From contig CAJFCJ010000006.1 of assembly GCA_904063045.1 (NCBI GenBank), forward strand, positions 3,240,408 to 3,304,407: 64,000 nt of DNA. Reading direction: 5' to 3'. The notes beneath the pieces were generated by a model that had not been told where the DNA came from, made no database searches, and saw nothing but the letters and a program-made list of their open reading frames with translations. Below, piece after piece: positions 49,913 to 60,845 of the stretch (position 1 is its first letter; each line of letters starts with the position of its first letter). The position numbers and the translations under genes were made by a program. This DNA is from Dimorphilus gyrociliatus. Lineage: Eukaryota; Animalia; Annelida.

Positions 49913-50391
49913 TCAGAAAGGACAAGAACATTTCTGTAATTCAGCTGGTAAAAGACCCTCTTTTCTGGCTGCACAAAGTCCTTCAAATAGCTCGCGCAAA
50001 AGAGACTTGCTTGGACAAACTGTAGCTTCTAGCCTAAGTTGATTGGCTAAAGTTTTCAATTGGTTTGCATCTAAATCATTTTCAGTTAAGAAACTCTTGA
50101 GATTTGTCTTGACAGCATCGTAGATAGAGCCAAAACAGTGCTTTCTAAAGACCTTAGTACAACCACTTAAGTGACAGATAGCAGCGTTCTCATCAGTGCA
50201 TTCCGGAATCTCAAAAGGAGTGTCCTATTTTCGAAGAAAATTTCAATATAGCAACATGACGATAATTACAAAACAAAGTATAAATCAAAACGTACCTCTT
50301 CTCCTGACCCAGAACCAGAAATAGCGGCAAAATAGCCATATTGAACACAGATGAGGAAGATAACAGCGATACAAATGAATTTAGCGGCCAT
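49913..50391 (-). CDS. Small secreted Cys-rich protein (135 aa), 2 exons; not in the ORF track
   Basis: Exons 50391-50296 and 50224-49913 flank a 71-nt GTACGT..AATAG intron. Signal peptide MAAKFICIAVIFLICVQYGYF, then SGSGSGEED and 8 Cys, ending KCSCPF*. Confidence 0.8.
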
Positions 50392-51524
50392 TTTTATCAA
50401 TTGTTAAGGATAACTGAAAATAAGAAATTTATGAACAACTTGAATAATAAATTTAAAATAAATGAAAAAAAGAACAATAGAATATTTACCTTAGTTTTAA
50501 AAACAAGGAAAAGATTAAAAGAATGCTGTCAAAACAAAATGCAACTGGCAATGAACAAATCGCGTCTCCTTTTATACAATTGTTGAGTACTTTTCACAAA
50601 TTAATTGTCAGCAAATTGGAACAAACAATTTTTTACATTGTCTATAGGCCAATAATTAATATTTTAATAGATTTTTCCTGGAAATATGTATTATGTTAAG
50701 TAGATTTATATTCGTGAAGATTCTCCATAAGAATATAAGTTGTAATGTGGAATTTTTTCTTTAAAAGTTAACGTTTTCGATAAGAAATTTACAATTAAAA
50801 AATTATTATTTAATAAATTAAATTTGAATTATATTTGAATATTATAATTAGAATTATCATAATTAAAAATGATTTATTTAATAATTATAATAGTCGCTTT
50901 AGGCGTTTAAAAAAGAGCAGAACTAGAAAAAGGATATGACTGCTAGGTCAAGGTCATTCAATTTGCTCGTGAAAAGTGAAAAAAAGTGAAAAAAAGTGAA
51001 AATTATGGAAATATGGGCTGTAAAAAAAGAACATTTTAGGCGCCACATGAATAGATCTTTAATCTTTTTCCCATAGGCTTTTGAAAGTTGTATTAATTTT
51101 TGTTCATAACTTAAAATTTTACATATAGACTTTTTTTTAAAAAAAAAAAAGAAAACTTAAAAATTTTATTTTCTTCCTCCTATTTATCTCTAAATCTTTT
51201 CCTTATTATCCCTTTTAAATGAATATTACATTTTTATGTTGTAAAAGTGTCTGGTTAAATTTTTTTATAAAGTTATTATTTAGGAGATGTCAACTCTTGC
51301 CACGTCCTTAGTGTTCTTTTTTTTGGGACGAAAAAACTTGTTATTTGCCTATGAGTTTGAACTAAATTAATGATAGATGATAAACTTATTAATAATGGCA
51401 AACTGAGAATTTTCGTTTAACAATGGCCATATGTTCCCCTTTTAATCCTCACTATAGACGATATATAAATGTCGGTCTTTCATAGTCATTTGCCTATTCT
51501 GTTCTCGAACATAAGCCAAATAAC

Positions 51525-53346
51525 ATGCATTACGATAAAGTTGTATTCTTTGTCATCCTTACTACGGTCTTCTCTCGTCCTAGTCCTGTTGTTAGGAAGA
51601 TAAATTTAAAGGGTTTGGCAGCTAGTCAATCGGGATCCTTATTAAAAATTCACGGTAAAGTTCATCCTGCCGAATTGGCGATTGATGGCGATACTACAGA
51701 TGCAGGAATGTAAGAGATAAAGGAATTGATAGAGTAAATATCTAATGTATACTATTTGTTATTTTTCTCTTTAAAAGAATGAAATCTTGCTCGAATCCTA
51801 CAGAAGATGGTGAATATAAATATTGGGGTGTTAATTTAGATGGTGAATACAATATTCATACAATAACAATATATGGCAGGGAAGGATGTTGCGGTGATCA
51901 TTACCAAGATCTATACGTAAACGTTTACGAAAATGACGAAGATCATGCCGGAAGAGGTGGCAAACTTTGTAAACATTTTGTCAGTGATAAACCTCCACCC
52001 AGACCATTTAATATTACATGTGATAAGCCAGTTGCTGGTTGGTACGTTGAGATTTATTCAAAATATAGACTAAAAGGCTATAAAAATCTTCAACTTTGCG
52101 AAGTGAGCTAACCTATAATTACTGTATATCTATAACTGTTTCTCTTTATGTCACCTTTAAAAGGTATACTTGTACGGATCAAAGGTAGATAAAGAAATGA
52201 AGAAGAAAATTCAAACAAGTACAACCAACTTAACTCATCCATGCGATGAAGGTATAATCTTATATTATTTATCTCGAATAATCTCATCTTACGTATATTT
52301 GTTTATTAGACTCTTGCGGTTATAGATGTATAACATTTAAAAGTCATAAAGTAGACAGAATCTACGGTGGAAAGGACGCTGTTCAAAATAGTTGGCCATG
52401 GATGGCTGGAATATTTTCAAAATATACAAATGTAATTATTTTTGTACATTTATAAAAGAAATAGGACTAAGAACGAAGTATTCTTTTAATTCATAGAATA
52501 TTTTCTGTGGGGCAAGTATTATCGGTAAACGTTGGTTAATTACAGCGGCTCATTGCGCTCAAGCCGGAGAGTATGAAAATAATTTTTTTATTGATTTGAA
52601 TCATTTAATAGAATTAAAAGTCTTTTAAACGTTTGTGAAAACACAGTGAACATAAATTTATTATTGTAGTAGGAGCTCATAACTCTAAATTAGAACTTGC
52701 AACGTCTAATCTTCATATGCGGAAATTAGCAATTAAAAGGTTTATTCCTCACGAAATCTACTCTATAAAGTATACATACGATATGATGCTTATTGAATTG
52801 GAGGAAGATTTACAATATACAGATGAAGTATTTCCGGTATGCCTTCCAAAAGATCATGATATTTTGGGAGAGTCTTGTATAGCTACTGGCTGGGGACAGA
52901 GAAATACTGGAGGTTATTAGATTGACAGTTCTTCAATCAATTTATCATTTATATTATAATTGTTTGTAATTAAATTGCTTCCAGATCCTTATGATATAAA
53001 CTATTATAATCTTCAGGAAGTTGAATTGAAAATTCATGATGATGATTCCTGTCTAGAACATTTTAGGGCTTATTTAACTGCTGAATTTTGCGCTGGTGCA
53101 ACAGATGGAAAAGATACGTGCTTTGTAAATAATTCAGTTTATAACTGACAATTAACATACATATTTAAATAATCTTTCTCATTAATAAAGGGTGATAGCG
53201 GTGGTCCACTGGTTTGTCCCAAAAATGGTATATTCTATCTCTACGGATTAACTAGCTACGGATCATCTAAATGCGGTGGCAATACGGCTGTTTATACAAG
53301 AGTTACGAATTTACGAGAATGGATAAAGAAGCACACTAATTTATGA
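51525..53346 (+). CDS. Secreted fucolectin/F5-8-type domain + trypsin-like serine protease, multi-exon
   Basis: Signal peptide; F-type lectin motifs (ELAIDGD, YWGVNL, TIYGREGCCG, LQLCEV); activation site DR/IYGG; catalytic triad in TAAHC, YDMMLIEL and GDSGGP; Asp in KDTC suggests trypsin-type S1. Confidence 0.9.
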
Positions 53347-53949
53347 ATGATTGATAGATTATCATAATTAAATCATAAATATTTTTTGTTGTTAATTATT
53401 TAAATAAGAAAAGGATAGATTATCCCGTCTCTACAAATTCTATAATCCTTTTTATTCTCTTTTCTAACTTTCACCATAATAATATATAATATATAAATAG
53501 TGTATAAGCTCTTATGCTAACTTTCATAATTATAAAACTAGGTGTTTGTTTGAACGCTTTGAAAAACTAACTTCTTTCTTTATACAAAGAAAGAAAAAGC
53601 AACTTATATAGATTAAATATATATTTAGAGGGTTATTGAATTTTCAGGTTTTTCCTGTCTTCTTCTTTCTTTTTGGGGACTTTTTAACTCTATTAACAAA
53701 CTTTTAAGTTGAAATAATTTGACAGAATATAATATATTGATTGTTTTTATGTTGGCTATAAAAAGAAAAACCAATAAAAAGTAAAGATAATCGTGAAACG
53801 ACAACACTATAGGCTTTTGTTTTCTCTATTATTGATCTGAAAATCTTATCTTCCTATATAAAAAGCAATAATACTGTGGAATGTAGGAAAAGTTATTAGC
53901 CTATCCTCGTTCAGCTTGGTCACGTGACCAGACAACGGTATAAACAATA

Positions 53950-56900
53950 ATGGCGGATCAATTCTTTGATCGGCGGTAAGTAAATTATTTTGAATAATTT
54001 TTCCGTATATCAAAATAGTTTGTACAATTAAACTATTTGAATATTTAATAGATAAACAATCTAAGAGAATTTTAAAATGATTTTTAATAGACAGCGCTTC
54101 TTAAAGGTAAAAATATAAAGTTAAAATGTTTTGCTATATGGTAATTGATTAGAAATGTGGATTTACAAAGAGTAATCGATTATTGACACTTCGTGCCATA
54201 TTCGTTCTTAATTTATTTATTAAAGCCTTATGCATATTTTTCATTTTTTGTAACATTTAAAGACTTATTGCATGATAAATGTAAAATGATTCTTGTTTCT
54301 TTAATTAAGATTATCTCTAATCGGAGATTATTTGTTAGTAAAGTAATAAGATTATAAGAGATTCAACAAGTTATTATAATTCGACAGATTAAATGCATAC
54401 TTAAGACCTTCTAGATTGTAATATTTGAGGTTTATTTACTTTTACGTATGACTAGGGGCTCTCCTGCGTTCCCAAACCGCTTTTCAACATTACCAAACAT
54501 TTCGGGAAATGAGGGCAATCAGTTGGCTCTTCCCACGTCGGGAGGTGGCGAGAGAATCTCACAGCTTGAACAACGGCTGCAAATTGCCGAAAAATCTAAT
54601 AGAACTCTTCTAGAAGAAATGGTTAGGATTCGCGGAGATATGAAAGTCTTAGAGAGGAAAAGCGATAAGAAAGTTACTGATGAAGCACAATCTAGAAGTG
54701 TTGTTGAAAATTCTCTAAGAACTAGTCAAGAAACTGTAACAGATTTGCAAAAACGTATGATTAGATTCGAAGAGAGAGTCGAAGATGAAAGATCAGCCGT
54801 CTCAGCTCTAGTGCAACATGTTAAAGCTATCGAACAAAATATGTTGGGTATGCAACAAGAACTTCTCAATAGAAGAGGAGAAACAGGCAATAAGTAAGTT
54901 GATATAGTTCCTATTATTTATTATAGCTATAATTATTATTCTTTATTCCCTTGGATGAAAAAGATTAGGAGAACTCAGTAGTCAATTAGCCGAATCTGAA
55001 AGAGCAAACGCTCAATTAGAAAATGCAATATTTACTGTAAATGATCAAATTCGTCAAATTAAATCAAAACAAGATTCGCAGTTAATGGAATTAAATAACT
55101 CTTTAAATGAACTTAAAAATAAAGCAAGGAAACTAGAAGATGATCAACACTTGACAGTAAGATTAATACTTTCTTTATTTCTAGTTATATTTTATATATT
55201 TAGTATTTGATTATATGTAATTTACATAATTTATTCATACATTCTATTATTATCTTTAATGCTGCCCTCTTAAAATATTCATAGAAGGTAAATTAATGTT
55301 TTTTAATAGAGCGATCTATTTGTATAAATGTTCTTTTTCGTCTGATTGATCTTTATGAAGATAATTTCCCTTTTTGAAAATAGATGGACGGTTCTCGAAG
55401 ACAGAACGAGAGTAGTACCCTTTTGGAACAAAGTCAAAGCCAGTTGAAAATTCAGATTGAAGCTCGTCTCGGCGAATTGCGCGACGTTCTTCTAGAAATG
55501 CGAACCAAAGTTGATATGGAAACGCAAGAGAGACAGCGATTCGAGCAGCAAACTGCCCTAAGGCTAGCCGATGTAAACGCCGCCGTTGTGGAGCAAGATC
55601 GTAAAAGAGATGACGCTGTAAACTCTATTGATAGACTTCATAGGGATAAGCAACATCATTCAGATACTGATAAGATAAAATTACAAGCAAAAGTTGTTGA
55701 AATGGGGGAAGAAATAACAAAAAAGTTAGGACAAAAAGAGATTAGACTTAGGGAGGAAATGCACGAAAAATTCGCACAACTGCAAAATATTATTGAAAGC
55801 GAATTAGAGCGAAGGATGGGTGTAGAAAGGGATATTAGAAATGATACTGACAGAAAAATTGATGAGATTAAAAGACTAAATGATCAAGAAGTTCAAACAA
55901 TTAAGGATCTCTTTAAAAATGATAAATTAAAACAAAAAAATGGTATAAACGAACTTTATCAATCAATAAATCTTTTAGAAAAACAATTGGATGAACAAAA
56001 AAGACAATTGGATAAAGTTTTAACAGCCGAAATTAAATCAAGGAAGAAGAACGAAGATAGAACAAAAGAGAATGTCGACGCCTTAGAAAATAAATTACAA
56101 TTAGCTTTAGCGGCACTGCAAAATTCCATGTCAGGTTTAAACGCTCAAATGAACGGTCATTCTGAGAAGGTAGTGTATTATTTTCTTTTTCCTTTCAATT
56201 TGACAATTAAATAACTTTCTTTCGATTCCTCTTTTTTTTTGAATAATTAACAATGGCTTTGTTTAAAAAACGCTATTTTTATAAATAATTTAAGCTTAAC
56301 GCTTTTTCTTCTTACTATTTACTAAACGCTTAGCTTGATGAGGAATTAGAGAAGTTACGCAAAGAAAATAAACCAACTGGCAATAACGTTGAACAAGAAG
56401 AGTTTGACCAGGCAAACCATTCTATTTTTTCTCTTTTTGGCTTTTACACATGTTTCTCTCTTCTTGCTTACATTTATAAATCTAGATAAAAAATAACAAT
56501 TACAATAACACACAATAGAGCTTTATTCTTTTGCCTAGTTTGCTTGCAAATGAAACTATTGAATGCTTATAGTAGTGTGCTTTTACAGTTTTTATACACT
56601 GCTTAATATTTATTTGCATATTCATGAGCATATTATGTATAAGTTGCATGAAATTGCATATATATATTGCTAATTTCTAATCTTTATTTTGATCAATAGT
56701 TAAAGAAAGAGCTAATGAGTATTGCTGAAGAACTGAAAAATTCATCCTCAAGGGCCACTATAGATTTAGAAGTAAGAGTAACGTCGATAACATCAAGGCT
56801 TAGCAAAATGGAAGATGATTTAGACAACAGAATAACTAATGTAAGTTTGATTTCTTATTCAATTGTTAACCATTCCTGAAGATTGCCTTGATTTGATTAA

Positions 56901-59654
56901 ATCATATTCAATTGAATAGATTTGTAGATTAAGAGAAATAAACGAAGAGGTATTGTCATATTACTGTTGTAGATGTCAGATTGCGGATCAATGTTATCTT
57001 TTCTTTTAAAAAGTATTCAACTCTTTAAGCCAAAAATTACGAACACAACCTTCAAATTGAGAAGGGAATTTTTTATATATATATTACTAATACTTGTATT
57101 GGAAAATACTGTATATGCACATTTTTTCATATCTTTCGTGCACTTAATCAACTTGTCATTTTTATAATGTATAACATATATAGTTCATATTATTATATCT
57201 TTACCCCTTTCGTTAACAGACCAGGGAATTACAAGAGGTAAACGTTTCTTATATAATAATTATCTTCTATCTAGTTTGTAGTAATAAAAAAAAGAAAAGA
57301 ATTACGAAAACATAGATTTTTTGCTACTTTTGTTTGTTTGTCTGGTTTGTTTGCCCAGTTTTTTCTCTTTATCCCTTTTATTTTGCTCCTTTTTTGGATG
57401 TTTTTTTATTAATAGTTTTGTTATATCTTTTATTCGTTTATATAAATGTTTATATACGTAAAGATACAGTATATACAGTATATATATATTCCTATATTCA
57501 CTTTTATTCATATTTTCGTATCTTTCCCATAGCTTTTAAATGCATATTTTTTTATTTTTTAACATTTTTTGACATGTTTGACTTTTTTTTATCAGGCTTT
57601 TTTATTCTCTCTATCTTCTTTTCATAGGCAAGCGCAATGCAAGCTAAAAATCTGAGGGAGAAAATGGAATCAATGTGGATATGGCAGGAGGCCACTTCTG
57701 AGGCTATGAAAGAAATTAAAGATCAATCCATTCAGCAAACAGAAGATATTCGATTAGTCGAAGAGAGGTTTACTCTTATGAGATCCGAGATTGATTCTAA
57801 AGTTAAGGCCGAGGCTGAAATACGTGAACAACAGATTGAGGAATTAAAGACTAAAGGTGATAACGATGAAACGAAACCTGAAGGCAGCAGTGAAGTTTCT
57901 AAGGAAGAATTAGAAACTTGTCAAAAGGGAATAAGGAAGTTAGCGGAATCTATTCAAACAGTGAAAACTGTTTTGGGTATGAAAATACAAAGTGAACAAA
58001 AACTGGTAAGAGATAACTGCACAGTATTTTACCTTAACAATATTCTTCATATAGTAATTAATAATAGAAAAGACGCAAGTTTAGCATTATTTTTGTAGAT
58101 GGTGCTTATCTTCAACAATAAGCGCCATCTACTGCTATAGCACTTAAACTAAACTGATTTTGCTGATAATCATTCGCTTTTGAAATTGCTTTGCTTAAAA
58201 AATTAGAGAGAAGGAGGCATAACGCAGGTAAAATCCGATGTCACATCGCTACAAGAAAAAGTAAAGGAATTAGAAGAGAAGAAAGCGGATAAGGAGGAGG
58301 ATGACGATGAAGAAGATGACGACGATGACGATGACGAAGACGAAAATAAGGACAAAGACAAAGACAAAGATAAAGATAAAGATAAAGATAAAGATAAAGA
58401 CAAAGACAAAGACAAAGACAAATAGAAATGAAAACAATTTTTTAAAATTCTCATTTCTATTATAAAAAAACATTATCACAGATTCAAAATTAAACATTCT
58501 TTCCAGCAGGCTGCCTGCGTTCATTGACACATTTTTGATATTAACATTATTTTCTGTGATATTCCTTTCAAAATACTCACAAAAAGATTTTATGCACATA
58601 TCTTTCTTCTGATTATGCAATATCAATTAAAAAAAAAACAAAGAGATATTACCCTTTCTCCTTTAAATATATACAGTATATATATATATATATCTATATA
58701 TATATTGTATTACAGAGAATTGAAGAAATGCAAACTTTACAAGATGATGTAATAAGGATGAGAGCATTGTTTGAAACTTATATGAAAATTAAGCAAACTA
58801 ATCGGTTATTTGTAAAAAGTGATAAGAGAGATGAGAAAAAAATTGACGGCAATTTATTGAATGTAAATAAATGGAGTATTTATACAGCATACAGGTATCT
58901 TAGTATAATAAATACATTAAATAAACACGGTAATAGTTTGTCACTAGTTTTTTTTTGTTTGTGCACAACACGAAATTAATTGAATAGTTTAATCGTTTAA
59001 AATTGCAAATAGGATGGAAAGGGAAAAAGAGAGGAGAGAGATTGAGTTGATTGAATGATAGATGTAGAAAAAGCACGATTTAAAAGAGAAAAAAAAAGAA
59101 TAATTGCTTTTAAAATAGATCATTTCTCTTTAGTTTCTCCAACACTAATCAATTGATCTATTAAGACAGAGTGTTGGTGTGTGTTGTATGTGCTTCTTTT
59201 TATAAAGGAAAGAGGTGGTGAAGGAGGAGGAAGGGGAAGAAGAAGAGAAGAAGGAGGATTAAAGTTTAAAAAAAAGACACATTGTTCTTATTTTCCTTTA
59301 TAACTTAATATCAATTAATTGCTTTTTTTTCCTATTAATTACCCACGCATCGCTTGGAAAATTTTATTAAATAATTAAGCCCACTATAATCTAATAAACA
59401 TACGGTGCAGATGGATGAAAATTAAAAGTAAATGGTTTTATGCTAAATGGAAAGTGCAGAGCGAAAGAGATAAAACAAATTTGGAGGAGGATAAAGAGGA
59501 AAATGGAGAAAATAATAAAGAAGACGAACAGAATAATGAGGATGAAAGAGAGAAGACAAAAGATGAAGATGAGTTAAAAAAAGAAAAAGACACAGAGGAA
59601 GATAACGAATCAAATAAGGAAGAACAACCCGAAAATAAAACTTCGAATCTTTAG
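53950..59654 (+). CDS. CCDC154: Coiled-coil domain-containing protein 154-like, multi-exon, with alternative 3' ends
   Basis: Long heptad-rich exons. KLAESIQTVKTVLGMKIQSEQKLR and spliced VNKWSIYTAYRWMKIK resemble the recalled CCDC154 C-terminus (VNCWAVYQAARWLRWK). Confidence 0.7.
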
Positions 59655-59938
59655 AATGATAAAATTACTGTTTCTGTTAATTAGATGAAAAATATTCGTT
59701 CAAATTTTGTTTAGTTCTTTCCTTTCGTCTATTTCTTTACCTTTGCCATCAAATTATTTAGATGGTTTTACTTTTAACAATTTTATATAAATCTTCCTTT
59801 GCATTAGTATAATAGCCATAATTATACGCCATCTAGAGTATAAAATTACCTATTTTCAATGCTTTGTAGATAGTATAAGTGAAATAATCAAAATAACGAG
59901 TAGTTATAAAAATTATAATCACTTTAGAGTATGTACAG

Positions 59939-59940
<2 letters not shown>

Positions 59941-59987
<47 letters not shown>
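59941..59987. repeat. (AT)n microsatellite
   Basis: About 23 AT units directly visible. Confidence 0.95.
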
Positions 59988-59988
<1 letters not shown>

Positions 59989-60845
59989 GTCCTGCTTTCC
60001 TTTCTATCTGCTGCTTTGTTGTGCATCTAATATATTTAAATATACAGACAGCCTACCTTCTTTAATCTAATTAACGGAAAATTTATCCTTTATTCACTTC
60101 TCTTTGTACGAAAATATTTTGTTAATATCGAATTGTGCTTAGAAAATTTCTTTATAAGGAAAGAATTTTACCGGCGGATAGTATTCATAGATTTATACGA
60201 AAATAGGATAAAAGTCTTGGTCATTTTGATTGAAAGCCCTCTTTTCACCATGACTTATATCGTATTAAAAACAGAAAAGAATTAGTTAAAACTGTCTCCT
60301 TCTTATAAATAAAAAAGGACAAGTCAATTACAATGAAAGTGGTTGTTGCCTGCAATTTGTTCATGAATTGTATATCCTTTCCTTCAAGAGACTTCTCCTC
60401 TCTAATAGAGGGGTCAGACTCTCAAAGAATAAATGAAGAAAGATAACGACAAACGTCAAGGGTAGACCTTGGTGCCTCATACTAATTTACAGCCGTTGTC
60501 GATTTGATCTAAGATGTAAATCAATTCCTATAAGTCAGTAGTTTTGTATTAGGATTAAGCCTACAATTAGCCTTAAAAGACTCAAAGAGAGAGAGAGATA
60601 TAGCAAGAGATGAAGAGCAATTAATGAGTGAATTTGGAATATAAAATACAGTTTTATTAATAAAAAACCCTTTGAATAATTATAACAAAAAGAACAATAA
60701 CAAGAGATGTCTTATGTAAGCTCTTAAAGCAGAAGAAACATGAATTATATGCATAGAAACTAAAAGGAAATAAATTGCAATGCACAAATCTATATATAAA
60801 TATATATAACAGAAGACAATGCAAATGGAATAAATAGAAAGAAAA

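Noticed and set aside
50973-51001. AAAAGTGAAA x3 short tandem repeat
   Set aside because: Low-complexity repeat without unique spacers; not CRISPR-like.
58203-58626. Minus-strand (SL)n/poly-S and (FV)n ORFs in the ORF track
   Set aside because: They are antisense readings of the acidic/(KD)n exon of the CCDC154-like gene.
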